DNA from: Planctomycetota bacterium
Lineage (GTDB): Bacteria; Planctomycetota; UBA1135; GCA-002686595
Direction of reading: 5' to 3'
Length of the DNA: 45,336 nucleotides
Assembly: GCA_034440255.1 (NCBI GenBank)
Contig: JAWXBU010000245.1
Location: forward strand, 1 to 45,336
Shown here: positions 30,243 through 40,544 of the stretch, piece by piece
Position numbering within the stretch: the first letter of the stretch is position 1
How the letters are laid out: each line of letters starts with the position of its first letter
Notes under the pieces: generated by a model
The model's input: the letters and a program-made list of their open reading frames with translations, nothing else
What the model was told of the DNA's origin: nothing
Database searches by the model: none
Program-made: the position numbers and the translations under genes

Positions 30243-30701
30243 TCCCGATACGCTGACACCGATTCCCGCCAGGGGATCGAGAGTGTCCGACGAAATCTTG
30301 CAGCGTAGGGCGACGGTGGGGGGGGGTGGCCTGGGCAGGATGTGAAATTCACGTGTTCGTCATGCTCACCAGTAATCCGGCGAGCAGCGTAGAAACCGCC
30401 AGTTTGCGACGGATGATATCAGGACGCATGTCTATGTCCTCCACTGAGCGAGGACCGCGATCGCCGATCCCAATGGTGCTTGGATGCCGGTCGGACCCTT
30501 CGAGGTTCGACTCTTTCGATGCGGAATCTACCCCCCCCGGAAAGTCGATGAATTGTCCAGATTTACTCTCCCGGGTTCGCGGCTTGGATACCGCTCGACT
30601 GGCCTGCGCAGTCCGGTTGTCGGAGCTGCCTTGCTGAGGTGCCTCGTTGAGGTCAGGTTGAACATCGAGCCTCTGAAAGCACGAGTAGAGGATTTACAGC
30701 C

Positions 30702-31934
30702 TTACCGCGCTTGTGCCGAACGCCAGAGCATCACCTGCAACCAATCGGCGCGATCGGCGACAAAGTTGTCCTCGGCGGTGTCGACTTCTAGCACCAACTC
30801 TTTCGCACCCAGGAGGCTCGCCGGTTCGAGCACGATCGCGACAGGTTGTTCTCCCCCACGCACGATCTTCGATTCGAAACGCTTCGCACCATCGACGAGT
30901 ACGCGGAACTTCACCGAGCCGTGCGTCGGTAGCTTCAGGACCGAATCGTCGATCGCACAGGCACCACGAATGCTCTCGAACGTGCCGTCGAGCGCCCACA
31001 CCATGCGACTCGGCGCGTGCACGCCGAGTCCTCGCGCGAACACTTTGCCGCCAGCCGTGAGCGGACCGTCCATCACGGACGCGTCGATTTTGTGCGGCCA
31101 GCGCAGTCCCAAATCGTCGCCGAAGGGCGCGGACGGAGGCGCTTCGCGCGGTTCCATGTCGGAGAGGAACACCACTCGACCGTCGTCGACCGACACCTGC
31201 GCGACGATGTCCGCTGGAATGCGCAAGGCTTCGCCGTGCTTGCGCGTGAGCGCCACTCCTTGCGCATCGATCTTCGAGAGCATTCCGACGAGCCGCGACT
31301 TGCCGACGAGATCGACGACGATGGGCACGTCTGTCGCACTCACGGCGACCTTCTGTGTCGTGCCACTGTCGACGAACAATGCGACCAATTCACTCCATGC
31401 GACGTCGAGCGAACCGATGCGATCGTCGTGGAATTGCACACTCGTCTCGCCGAAAGCTTCGACACCGCCGTCGATCTTCTCGATCGTCTCGTTCTTGCGA
31501 CGGTAGATCCGATCGCCTTCCTTGGCGCGCTCGAATGGCGCGTTCCACGTCGACGGAATGCGCCCGCGAAAAGTGATCGAACGCAGGTCCTCGAGGGACG
31601 CGCGCGCGCGCACGCCGGTCGCGAGCGTGACGGAGAGCACCTCGTCGTCCGCCCGCTGTACGGTTCCGACGAGTCGCTCGCCGCCCTTCAGTTCCAACGT
31701 CGCGGTGTCGCTCGAAACAGCGGCATTCACCGCCGGAAAGCCCTCGAAACGCACGACGTGCGCTCCCAGCACGCGCGGATCCGCCGTGTCGAAATCCGCG
31801 AGCGACAGCGTCTTCGACTCCCCTGTCGATCCATCGAGCACGACGCGCGGGCCGCTCTGCGTCGTCGCCCCTGCGAGAGAGAGAGCTGCGCCGACGAGCA
31901 GCGTCGAAACGAAAACTGACCGGGTGATGTGCAC
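30702..31934 (-). CDS. Secreted protein with C-terminal NPCBM/NEW2 (GH98-type putative carbohydrate-binding) domain
   Basis: The C-terminal 410 codons of the track's 824-aa ORF have normal composition. GTG start at 31934 gives signal peptide (M)HITRSVFVSTLLVGAALSLAGA. C-terminal 'GLGVHAPSRMVWALDG...FRVLVDGA...DTAEDNFVADRADWLQVMLW' matches the NPCBM pattern. The upstream 414 codons are Arg-rich and antisense to the gene at 32061..34433. Confidence 0.6.
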   Translation of the reverse strand: MHITRSVFVSTLLVGAALSLAGATTQSGPRVVLDGSTGESKTLSLADFDTADPRVLGAHVVRFEGFPAVNAAVSSDTATLELKGGERLVGTVQRADDEVLSVTLATGVRARASLEDLRSITFRGRIPSTWNAPFERAKEGDRIYRRKNETIEKIDGGVEAFGETSVQFHDDRIGSLDVAWSELVALFVDSGTTQKVAVSATDVPIVVDLVGKSRLVGMLSKIDAQGVALTRKHGEALRIPADIVAQVSVDDGRVVFLSDMEPREAPPSAPFGDDLGLRWPHKIDASVMDGPLTAGGKVFARGLGVHAPSRMVWALDGTFESIRGACAIDDSVLKLPTHGSVKFRVLVDGAKRFESKIVRGGEQPVAIVLEPASLLGAKELVLEVDTAEDNFVADRADWLQVMLWRSAQAR

Positions 31935-32060
31935 GCGTGGATCCAATCGGCGACGGAACTCTGGAAACGTTCGAACCGGGCGCGGGTCGACCCGTCCGGC
32001 GTAGACTACTCGACGTAGCTTGGAGTGTTGGAGCCCGGAGTGTCGGAGCGGAGAATTTTC

Positions 32061-34433
32061 ATGCCGAGGACGAGGTTCGAGATTCTGGCGACGCTGACCT
32101 TGTGCGCGAGCGCAGTCGCCGGCGGTAGCAGTGAGAACGTGCTGCTCGTCATCGACCCGGCCAGCCCAGTGTCGTTGTACGTCGGCAACTACTACCGAGC
32201 CGCGCGCAGCATCCCCGATCGCAACGTCGTGTATTTCGCGCCGAATCCAGGCCATTACGCGAGTTTCAAGGACGCGACGCAGCTGGCGTTCCTCGGAGCG
32301 CTCGAGAACCAGGGCGTAGCCGATCACATCGACTACGTGGTGCTGACGCCGGGCATCGGTTTCCAGATGAGCGCGAGCGGGCTCGTCACCGACGGTTGTT
32401 CGCCGGTGACGCGCTTCTCGACGACGGCGCCGTTCGCGCTGGCTCGCGCGTACGCGAGCGTTCCTGTCGGCACGAGTTCGACGACCACGAATCAGTACGC
32501 GTCGACGAGCAGCAACGCGCTCGCTTTCGACGCGAATCAGGCGTACGCGAACGGCGCGGCCGTGACGAACGGCACGCGCTATTTCTTGTCGGCGATGCTC
32601 GGCTACGACGGTGCGCTCGGGAACACGGTGCCGGAAATCCTCGCGCTGATCGACAACAGCGTCGTCGCGGACGAATCGCATCCGACCGGGACGTTCTACA
32701 TGTGTCAGACGACGGACAGCGCACGTTCGGGGCCGCGACATGGGCTCTATCCGGCGGTGACAAGCGCGATCCAAGCGCTCGGATTCGGCGCGCAACACCT
32801 CATGGCCGTGTTGCCACCCAACAGTTCGACGTGCACGGGCATCATGACGGGTTGGGCCGATCCACTGATCGACACGACGCTGTTCACGTTCTTGCCGGGA
32901 GCGTTCGCCGATCACCTGACGAGCTACGCGGCCACGTTCGACACGAGTTCGCAGACGAAGATGTCGCGCTGGATCGCCAAGGGTGCATCCGGCACGAGCG
33001 GCACCGTCGAAGAGCCGTGCAACTACGCGGGCAAGTTCCCCACCGCGCGTCTGCATCTCTACTACGCACAAGGCGCCTCGCTCGGCGAAGCCTGGTACAG
33101 GAGCCTCGGATTCGCGCCGTTTCAGGTGCTTTTCACAGGCGATCCGCTGACGCGCCCCTTCGCTCATCTGCCGCAACCGACGCTCGTGGGATTACCCGCA
33201 TCACCGGTCTCAGGAACGATCGCGCTGACGCCGAGCGCGACCACGCCGCACCCGACAGCGGCAATCGCAAGTTTCGAATTGCTGGTCGACGGCGTGAGTT
33301 TCGGCACGACCTCGCCCGGCCACGACTTCGCGCTCGACACGACAAGGCTCGCCGACGGTTGGCACGAAGTGCGCTTGCTCGCGTTCGACGACACGGCGGT
33401 GAAATCCACGGGGCACTTCGTCGGCAGCTTCGTCAGCGCGAACCATGCACGCACGGTGTCGATGTCGCTGTCCGCGACGAGCGGTTCGCTCACGCAACAA
33501 TTCGGCGTGACACTCGCCGCGAGCGGCGCTGCGGTCAGCACGATCGACGTCCTCCAAGGCGGCCGCGTCGTCGCGTCGAGTGCGAATGCGAGCGCCGTGG
33601 TCGGCGTGTTCGGTCGCACGCTCGGCTCAGGTCTCAGCCGTCTGCAAGCCCGCGCGCGCTTCGTCGACGGAACGTCCGCGACGAGTGCTCCGATCCAGAT
33701 CGACGTGAGCACCGTCGACGGTCCGGCGATCGGCAACGCTCCGATCGTGTTCTCGTACACGAAGCGCGCGCGCAACGATTCCGTCGCTGTCATCGAATTG
33801 CCCGCGACGTTCGATGATCCGCTCGCCAACGCGCTTTGGAACGTGAGCGGCCCGCCGAGTCAAGGCACGCTGCTCATGCCCTCGGCGAATGCGCCCTATC
33901 GCTTCGTGAAGCCCAGTGTCGGAGCACTCGGCACGGATTCCTTGACGTTCAGCGTGACGACTCCGAGCGGTAGTTCGGTCAGCGCGATCGCCACGATCGT
34001 GTGGGAGGCACCGGTCGTGTGTACAGCGCCTGCGAACTACTGCGCGGCGACCGTGAACTCGACGGGATTGCCCGCCACCATGGGGTGGTTCGGCAGCACG
34101 CGCTTCGCCGAGAACGCGTTCGGACTCTCGGCGTACAACCTGCCCGTGTCGACCTTGGGCATCTATTTCTACGGTGACACGGCCGTGCAGATCCCGTTCG
34201 GCAACGGAGTGCGCTGCGTCGACGGAGCGCTGCAGCGCTTGGCGGTGTTGCAAGCCGACAGCTTCGGTTCAGTGAATTTGCTGCTCGATTTCAATGCTCC
34301 CCCATTCGCATCCGGACCGGGCGCAATCGGAGTGAGCTCCACGAAACGCTTCCAATTCTGGCTCCGCGACGTGCTCGCCGGCGGTTCGAATTTCAATCTG
34401 ACGGACGGGCTGGCGGTCACGTTCTGTCCGTAG
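32061..34433 (+). CDS. Large hypothetical secreted protein (Ig-like beta-rich middle region; conserved C-terminal domain of unknown function)
   Basis: Start MPRTRFEILATLTLCASAVAGG (signal peptide; ATG at 32061). 790 aa. Ser/Thr/Ala-rich beta-strand-like repeats. No confident family call. Confidence 0.55.
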   Translation: MPRTRFEILATLTLCASAVAGGSSENVLLVIDPASPVSLYVGNYYRAARSIPDRNVVYFAPNPGHYASFKDATQLAFLGALENQGVADHIDYVVLTPGIGFQMSASGLVTDGCSPVTRFSTTAPFALARAYASVPVGTSSTTTNQYASTSSNALAFDANQAYANGAAVTNGTRYFLSAMLGYDGALGNTVPEILALIDNSVVADESHPTGTFYMCQTTDSARSGPRHGLYPAVTSAIQALGFGAQHLMAVLPPNSSTCTGIMTGWADPLIDTTLFTFLPGAFADHLTSYAATFDTSSQTKMSRWIAKGASGTSGTVEEPCNYAGKFPTARLHLYYAQGASLGEAWYRSLGFAPFQVLFTGDPLTRPFAHLPQPTLVGLPASPVSGTIALTPSATTPHPTAAIASFELLVDGVSFGTTSPGHDFALDTTRLADGWHEVRLLAFDDTAVKSTGHFVGSFVSANHARTVSMSLSATSGSLTQQFGVTLAASGAAVSTIDVLQGGRVVASSANASAVVGVFGRTLGSGLSRLQARARFVDGTSATSAPIQIDVSTVDGPAIGNAPIVFSYTKRARNDSVAVIELPATFDDPLANALWNVSGPPSQGTLLMPSANAPYRFVKPSVGALGTDSLTFSVTTPSGSSVSAIATIVWEAPVVCTAPANYCAATVNSTGLPATMGWFGSTRFAENAFGLSAYNLPVSTLGIYFYGDTAVQIPFGNGVRCVDGALQRLAVLQADSFGSVNLLLDFNAPPFASGPGAIGVSSTKRFQFWLRDVLAGGSNFNLTDGLAVTFCP

Positions 34434-34545
34434 TGCCGCCAATTCGGCCAAGCCTACGGTGTCGGAAGACGCGCAGAAAGTTGGGTGTCCCGAGTACTTG
34501 TGCAAGCCAATTCATGGGGGCGCAAAGCGTGGAGACTGGAAGATT

Positions 34546-34773
34546 ATGGAACGCACGCATCAGTTCACGGCCATCGTCTCCAGGGAAGAGGAGCAGTTCG
34601 TCGCACTGTGCCCCGAACTCGACATCGCAAGCCAGGGCGCCACGTTCGAGGAAGCACGGGCGAATCTGGTCGAAGCTCTCGAACTCTTCTTCGAGACCGC
34701 ACCCAAGGAAGAGGTTCGCGACCGCCTGCACCAAGAGGTCTTCGTCACCAGCGTCGAGGTCAGGGTTGCCTAG
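34546..34773 (+). CDS. hicB: HicB-like antitoxin (UPF0150/HicB_lk_antitox fold)
   Basis: 75 aa from MERTHQ. 'FTAIVSREEEQFVALCPELDIASQGATFEEARANLVEALELFFE' is the characteristic HicB N-domain pattern. The track ORF begins 29 codons upstream. Confidence 0.6.
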   Translation: MERTHQFTAIVSREEEQFVALCPELDIASQGATFEEARANLVEALELFFETAPKEEVRDRLHQEVFVTSVEVRVA

Positions 34774-34790
34774 CCTACGGCGCCTGTCGG

Positions 34791-35001
34791 GTGCCGAAGT
34801 GTGCCGAAGTGTGCCGAATCCTCGAGGCTCACGGGTTCGCCGCAGTCAGACAACGTGGAAGCCACGCTATCATGCAGCGCTCGCTGCCGGGCACGACGAT
34901 CACAGTTCCGGCTGCCCGTTCACAAGGAGCTGAAGGTCGGCACACTCCTGAGCATCATCCGCCAGTCCGGAGTAGCGCGCTCGGCCTTCGAGACGAGCTG
35001 A
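34791..35001 (+). pseudogene. hicA: hicA-like mRNA-interferase toxin gene, apparently disrupted by a +1 frameshift near 34917
   Basis: N-terminal HicA-like 'KCAEVCRILEAHGFAAVRQRGSHAIMQRSLPGTTITVP' is in the frame of ORF 34485..35045. C-terminal HicA-like 'VHKELKVGTLLSIIRQSGV...' is in the frame of ORF 34801..35001. Joining the two requires skipping one nucleotide in 'ccggctgcccgttcac'. Confidence 0.45.
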
Positions 35002-35451
35002 TGCACGAGCGTACGCTCCGAATCGTCAGCCCAAGCGCTCCGTGACTGCCGCTCAGCCGGAAGAATCCTGTACGTAGCGTGCGGAGTCGGAGCGGCCGAA
35101 GAGAATGGAACCCTCCGCATCGACATCGGCAAGCCGCTGGAGCCGGGCTCCGAGGCTGTTGTAGGGGGAAAACGGACCCTCCGCCGTAACACCCGTCGCG
35201 ACGGAAGATGGCCTCCAGCGTCCACCGCCACACTGGCAGTAGCTGGGGTGCATGTCGGCCACACCTGCCGATCCGGCAGCGAACCCGATGGCACTCGAAT
35301 CATCACAACTCATTATCCAGCAAAGTATTGGGGCGATAGTACCCCCCGGCACCGTTCTTGCTTCGGCGGCGCGCTCACGAGCAAAGGGGAGAAGGTCCAT
35401 CCGTGGCCGCTCCCCTGCCCCAGATACCCCGAATACAGAGCGAAGAGTTCC

Positions 35452-37119
35452 ATGGCCAAGCAAATGGTTTTCGAGACCGACGCGCGCGAGTCTATTCGTC
35501 GCGGCGTCGAGAAGCTCGCCAAGGCGGTCGTCACCACCCTCGGTCCGCGCGGTCGCAATGCGATCCTGGACAAAGGTTGGGGCGCGCCCACGATCACGAA
35601 GGATGGCGTCACCGTTGCCGAGGAGATCCAACTCTCTGACCCCTACGAGCAGATGGGCGCGCAACTCGTCAAGGAAGTCGCCAGCAAGACGAGCGACGTC
35701 GCCGGTGACGGCACGACGACCGCGACGCTCTTGACCGAAGCGATCTTCACGCAAGGTCTGCGCGCGATCACGGCCGGCGCGCATCCGTCGAGCGTGACGA
35801 AGGGCATCAAGGACGGCGCTCTCGCCGTCACCGAGCGTCTCGACAAGATGAAGAAGAACGTCGGCAAGAACGACGAGATCCGTCAAGTCGCCACCATCTC
35901 GGCGAACAACAACCAAGCCGTCGGCAAGCTGATCGCCGACGCGATGGAAAAGGTCGGCAAGGACGGCGTCATCACCGTCGAGGACGGCAAGACGCTCGAC
36001 ACGACGGTCACCGTCGTCGAAGGCATGCAGTTCGACCGCGGCTTCCTCTCGCCGCATTTCGTGAACAACCCGGAGACGATGGAGTGCGTCTTCGAGAAGC
36101 CCTACATCCTCGTCTACGAGAACAAGATCAGCGCCGTGCAGAAGTTCCTGCCGCTGCTCGAGAAGATCAAGAAGTCGGGTCGTCCGCTCGTGATCATCGC
36201 CGAAGACGTCGAGTCCGAAGCGCTCGCCACGCTCGTCGTGAACAAGCTGCGCGGCATCGTCCAAGCGTGTGCGGTCAAGGCGCCGGGTTACGGCGATCGT
36301 CGCAAGGCCATGCTCGAGGACATCGCCGCGCTCACGGGCGCCAAGGCGATCATGAAGGACACGGGCGAGGACTTGGACAAGGTCACCGAACGCGACCTCG
36401 GCTCCGCGAAGAAGGTCACGATCGACGGTGACAACACCACGATCGTCGGCGGCGTCGGCAAGCGCGAGGCGATCGACGGTCGCGTCGCTCAAATCCGCCG
36501 TGAAATCAGCGAAACGACGTCGGATTACGACCGCGAGAAGCTGCAAGAGCGCCTCGCCAAGCTCACCGGCGGCATCGCGCAAATCAACGTCGGCGGCGCG
36601 ACGGACACGGAAGTGAAAGAGCAAAAGGCGCTCATCGAAGACGCACTGCACGCCACGCGCGCGGCCGTCGAAGAAGGCATCCTGCCCGGCGGCGGCGTCG
36701 CGCTGTTGCGCGCGCGCGAAGCGATCCTCTCGGTCAAGTCGAAGAGCGAGAACGAGGACTACCGCATGGGTCTCGATCTCCTGTACGCGGCGCTCGCGAA
36801 GCCCGTTCAACAGATCGCTCAGAACGCGGGCTTCGACGGCACGGTCGTCAGCCACAAGATCCTGCGCGAGAAAAAAGAGAGCTACGGCTTCGACGCGCTC
36901 ACCGGCGAGTACGGAGACATGCTCGCGCTCGGCATCGTCGACCCGACGAAGGTCACGAAGTCCGCGTTGAACAACGCCGTCAGCGTCGCGTCGCTCTTGC
37001 TCTCGACGGACGCGCTCATCGCCAACAAGCCCGAGTCGAAGAAAGCTGCGAAGGGCGGCGGCGGCGAGATGGATGGCATGGACGGAATGGGCGGAATGGG
37101 TGGAGGCATGGACTTCTAA
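35452..37119 (+). CDS. groEL: Chaperonin GroEL (copy 1, with C-terminal GGM repeat tail)
   Basis: Start [26 protein letters not shown]. 'DGTTTATLL' and '[10 protein letters not shown]'. Ends ...[21 protein letters not shown]. The 68 upstream codons of the track ORF are leader. Confidence 0.92.
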   Translation: MAKQMVFETDARESIRRGVEKLAKAVVTTLGPRGRNAILDKGWGAPTITKDGVTVAEEIQLSDPYEQMGAQLVKEVASKTSDVAGDGTTTATLLTEAIFTQGLRAITAGAHPSSVTKGIKDGALAVTERLDKMKKNVGKNDEIRQVATISANNNQAVGKLIADAMEKVGKDGVITVEDGKTLDTTVTVVEGMQFDRGFLSPHFVNNPETMECVFEKPYILVYENKISAVQKFLPLLEKIKKSGRPLVIIAEDVESEALATLVVNKLRGIVQACAVKAPGYGDRRKAMLEDIAALTGAKAIMKDTGEDLDKVTERDLGSAKKVTIDGDNTTIVGGVGKREAIDGRVAQIRREISETTSDYDREKLQERLAKLTGGIAQINVGGATDTEVKEQKALIEDALHATRAAVEEGILPGGGVALLRAREAILSVKSKSENEDYRMGLDLLYAALAKPVQQIAQNAGFDGTVVSHKILREKKESYGFDALTGEYGDMLALGIVDPTKVTKSALNNAVSVASLLLSTDALIANKPESKKAAKGGGGEMDGMDGMGGMGGGMDF

Positions 37120-37179
37120 GGTCCGCGCGACACACCCCACCACACACACCGGAACACCGAAAACAAAAGAGAACATCAC

Positions 37180-38787
37180 ATGGCCAAGCAAATCCTGTTC
37201 GACGACAACGCGCGCCAAAAGATGCGCGTCGGCATCGAGAAGCTCGCCAAGACCGTGCGCGTCACGCTCGGTCCGGCTGGGCGCAACGTCATCCTGCAAA
37301 AGTCCTTCGGCGCTCCGAGCGTCACGAAGGACGGCGTCTCCGTCGCGAAGGAGATCGAGCTCGAAGATCCGTTCGAGAACATGGGCGCCAAGCTCGTGCT
37401 CGAAGTAGCCAACAAGACGAACGACGTCGCCGGTGACGGCACCACGACGGCGACCGTTCTCGCCTCGGCGATCTTCAACGAAGGCTTGAAGTACGTCGCG
37501 ACCGGCGTCAACACGATCGCACTGCGCAACGGGATCGACGCCGCTGTCGTCGCGGCCGTCGAGTCGATCAAGTCGCAATCGCGCAAGGTGAAGAGCAAGG
37601 ACGAGAAGGCGAACGTCGCCACGATCTCGGCCAACAACGACCGCGAAGTGGGCGTGATGCTCGCCGGCGCGTTCGAGAAGGTGGGCGACGAAGGCGTCAT
37701 CACCATCGAAGAATCGACCGGTCTCGAGACGACCGTCGAAGTCGTCGAGGGCATGGAGTTCGACAAGGGTTACCTGTCGCCGTACTTCGCGACGAACCTG
37801 ACGAAGCTCACGGCCGAGTTCGAAGATCCCTACATCTTCATCTACGACAAGAAGATCTCGAACGTGCGTGAGTTCCTGCCCGTCCTCGAGGCAGCAGCGC
37901 GCGCGGGCAAAGCGCTCGTCATCATCGCTGAAGACATCGAAGGCGAAGCGCTCGCCACGCTCGTCATCAACCGCTTGAAGGGCGTGCTGAATGTGTGCGC
38001 GGTCAAGGCTCCCGGTTTCGGCGAGCGTCGCAAGGCGTACCTCGGCGACATCGCGGCACTGACCGGTGGCACAGCGATCACGGAAGAGCTCGGTCTTCCG
38101 CTGGACAAGGTCACGATCGAACACTTCGGCACCGCGAAGCGCGTGCGCGTCACGAAAGACGCGACCACGATCATCGGCGGCAAGGGCTCGAAGAAGACGA
38201 TCGAAGAACGCGTCTCGCAGATCAAAGTGCAGATCGCGAACACGAAATCCGACTACGACAAGGAGAAGCTCCAAGAGCGTCTCGCGAAGTTGTCGGGCGG
38301 CGTCGGCGTCATCAAGGTCGGCGGCAAAACCGAAGCCGAGATGAAGTCGAAGAAGGATTTGCTCGAGGACGCGCTCAACGCCACGCGCGCGGCGATCCAA
38401 GAAGGCATCGTCCCCGGCGGTGGTGTGGCGCTCTTGCGCGCGGCCGACGCGGTGCGTGCGCTCAAGCTGAAGGGCGATCTGCACTTCGGCGCGCTCATCA
38501 TCGAGAAAGCGCTCGAAGCTCCTTTGCGCCAGATCGCGGCGAATGCGGGCGAAGACGGTCCGGTCGTCGTCGAGAACGTGCGCGAGTACAAGTCCCCGAC
38601 CATGGGCTTCAACGCCTTGACGGCCGAGTATGTCGACATGTTCAAGGCCGGCGTCGTCGATCCGGCGAAGGTCGTTCGTTCGGCGCTGCAAAATGCGGCC
38701 TCGATCGCGGGTCTCTTGCTCACTACGGATTCGATGGTGACGGAGATCAAGGACGAGAAGCACAAGGTCGAAGGCTCGCTCTCCTGA
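37180..38787 (+). CDS. groEL: Chaperonin GroEL (copy 2, lacking the GGM tail)
   Basis: [26 protein letters not shown]...DGTTTATVL...[10 protein letters not shown]. Ends ...[15 protein letters not shown]. Separated from copy 1 by a 60-bp AC-rich spacer. Confidence 0.92.
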   Translation: MAKQILFDDNARQKMRVGIEKLAKTVRVTLGPAGRNVILQKSFGAPSVTKDGVSVAKEIELEDPFENMGAKLVLEVANKTNDVAGDGTTTATVLASAIFNEGLKYVATGVNTIALRNGIDAAVVAAVESIKSQSRKVKSKDEKANVATISANNDREVGVMLAGAFEKVGDEGVITIEESTGLETTVEVVEGMEFDKGYLSPYFATNLTKLTAEFEDPYIFIYDKKISNVREFLPVLEAAARAGKALVIIAEDIEGEALATLVINRLKGVLNVCAVKAPGFGERRKAYLGDIAALTGGTAITEELGLPLDKVTIEHFGTAKRVRVTKDATTIIGGKGSKKTIEERVSQIKVQIANTKSDYDKEKLQERLAKLSGGVGVIKVGGKTEAEMKSKKDLLEDALNATRAAIQEGIVPGGGVALLRAADAVRALKLKGDLHFGALIIEKALEAPLRQIAANAGEDGPVVVENVREYKSPTMGFNALTAEYVDMFKAGVVDPAKVVRSALQNAASIAGLLLTTDSMVTEIKDEKHKVEGSLS

Positions 38788-38888
38788 TCGTCTGATTCGC
38801 CTCTAGCGAATCGAACGCAGCGGCGGCGGTGCAATCGCGCCGCCACCGCTGCGCTCACATCCACCCCTTTCGCATCACATCGCAGCGG

Positions 38889-39998
38889 ATGGCTGACAAA
38901 CGCGACTACTACGAAATCCTCGGCGTCGACAAGAAGGCGTCGGAGGACGACATCAAGAAAGCGTATCGCAAGCTCGCGATGCAGCATCACCCCGATCGCA
39001 ATCCGGGTGACAAAGACGCCGAGTCGAAGTTCAAAGAAGCGGCCGAGGCGTACAGCGTGCTCTCCGAGACGGAGAAGCGCGCGAAGTACGACCAGTTCGG
39101 CCACCAAGCCTTCGGTCAAGGCGGGCAGTACTCCGGTCCGGAATTCCGGAACATGGATGACATTTTCGAAGCGTTCGGTGGAACGATCTTCGGGGATCTC
39201 TTCGGAGGCGGTCGACGTCGTTCAGGTCCGCAAACCGGACGCGATCTACAGATCAAGCTCGACGTCACGCTCGCCGAAATCGACACCGGCACGACGCGCA
39301 CGATCTCGCTGAAGCGGCGCGAGCACTGCCAGACGTGCAAAGGCACGGGCGCGAAGGCGGGCACGTCGCCGACGGCGTGCACGACGTGCGGCGGACGCGG
39401 CCAGATACACAGAAATCAGGGCTTTTTCACGATGGCGACGCCGTGTCCGCGCTGTCGCGGCGCGGGCCAAGTGATCGAACATCCGTGCGCTTCGTGCAAG
39501 GGCGCGGGCAAGACCGACGAGAAGGTCGAGATCGCGATCAACATTCCACCGGGCATCGAAGAGGGCGTGCGTCTGCGCGTCCCGGGTGAAGGCGACGCTG
39601 GTGACGCGGGTGCTCCGCGCGGCGATTTGTACTGCATCGTGCGCGAGCTCGAACACAAGGCGTTTCAACGCAACGGCTCGGATCTCATCTGCGAACTCCC
39701 CTTCTCGTTCACGCAGTTGGCACTCGGCGATCGCATCGAGATCCCGACGTTGCGCGGTCGCGCCGACATGTCGCTGCCGGCCGGCACTCCGAACGGCAAG
39801 GTGTTCCGTTTGAAGAACCAAGGTCTGCCGCAACTCGATGGGCGTGGACGCGGGGATCAACTCGTGCGCGTGTTCATCGAGGTGCCGACGAAGATCAACG
39901 AGCGACAGAAGGAACTCTTGCGCGAGTTCGCCGAGCACGAGAACAAGAGCTCGGGCAACAAGTCTTTCTTCGAGAAGATTGCGGGCTACTTCGCTTGA
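38889..39998 (+). CDS. dnaJ: Molecular chaperone DnaJ
   Basis: Start MADKRDYYEILGV (J-domain with HPD). G/F-rich linker. Four CxxCxGxG zinc-finger repeats (CQTCKGTG, CTTCGGRG, CPRCRGAG, CASCKGAG). Confidence 0.9.
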   Translation: MADKRDYYEILGVDKKASEDDIKKAYRKLAMQHHPDRNPGDKDAESKFKEAAEAYSVLSETEKRAKYDQFGHQAFGQGGQYSGPEFRNMDDIFEAFGGTIFGDLFGGGRRRSGPQTGRDLQIKLDVTLAEIDTGTTRTISLKRREHCQTCKGTGAKAGTSPTACTTCGGRGQIHRNQGFFTMATPCPRCRGAGQVIEHPCASCKGAGKTDEKVEIAINIPPGIEEGVRLRVPGEGDAGDAGAPRGDLYCIVRELEHKAFQRNGSDLICELPFSFTQLALGDRIEIPTLRGRADMSLPAGTPNGKVFRLKNQGLPQLDGRGRGDQLVRVFIEVPTKINERQKELLREFAEHENKSSGNKSFFEKIAGYFA

Positions 39999-40010
39999 GA
40001 GGTTTTTCTG

Positions 40011-40544
40011 ATGAGCGACACCGAAATGAACGAGCACACCGAATCATCCGCATCCGAGACCCGGGGCGAAAACGACGCGAAAACGGCTGAAATCACAGTC
40101 CAACGCGACGAGTGTTTGGCTGCGTTGCAACGCAGCCAGGCCGACTATCAGAACTTGCGTCGACGCTTGCAGTCGGACATCGACGCGGCGACGACGCGCT
40201 CGAAAGGGCCGCTGCTGTCGGACTTGCTCTTGGTGCTCGACTACCTCGACATGGCGCTCGCCTCGCCGTGCACGACGAGCGAAGGCAAGAATCTGGCGGC
40301 CGGTGTCGAGATGACGAAAGGTCAGCTCGTGCGGGCGCTCGAGCGCGAAGGCGTCAAGCCAGTCGCGGAATCGGGAGCGTTCGATGCGAGCGTGCACCAA
40401 GCCGTCGAGCGCGTCGAGACGAGCGACCATGCTCCGAACACGATCCTCGCGACGTTGCGCCGCGGCTACACATTGAGCGGCGCCGTGTTGAGGCCCGCGC
40501 AAGTGAAAGTCGCCGTGGAACAATCGGCGAGCGAGAACAGCTGA
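40011..40544 (+). CDS. grpE: Nucleotide exchange factor GrpE
   Basis: 177 aa. Coiled-coil N-terminus 'LAALQRSQADYQNLRRRLQSD'. C-terminal 'FDASVHQAVERVETSDHAPNTILATLRRGYTLSGAVLRPAQVKV' matches the GrpE beta-domain pattern. Confidence 0.85.
   Translation: MSDTEMNEHTESSASETRGENDAKTAEITVQRDECLAALQRSQADYQNLRRRLQSDIDAATTRSKGPLLSDLLLVLDYLDMALASPCTTSEGKNLAAGVEMTKGQLVRALEREGVKPVAESGAFDASVHQAVERVETSDHAPNTILATLRRGYTLSGAVLRPAQVKVAVEQSASENS

Noticed and set aside
31935-33176. N-terminal 414 codons of the 824-aa minus ORF (30702..33176)
   Set aside because: Arg-rich shadow frame antisense to the well-formed plus-strand gene 32061..34433. The real gene is only the C-terminal part, with GTG start at 31934 and a signal peptide.
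35285-35384. CIRCE/HAIR heat-shock operator upstream of groEL1
   Set aside because: Only a half-site-like TGGCACTC and an imperfect TTGCTTCG-N12-CGAGCAA inverted repeat were found. Neither matches the CIRCE or HAIR consensus well enough to call.
35053-38763. 1236-aa minus-strand ORF spanning both groEL genes and their spacer
   Set aside because: Arg/Asp/Leu-rich low-complexity translation entirely antisense to two strongly supported GroEL genes. Long stop-free antisense frames are a known artefact of high-GC chaperone genes.
38797-38860. Hairpins after groEL2 (gattcgc-ctcta-gcgaatc; GC-rich imperfect stem gcagcgg…ccgctgc)
   Set aside because: Short stems with no following T-tract. Could be a terminator or attenuator before dnaJ, but cannot be supported without folding-energy calculation.
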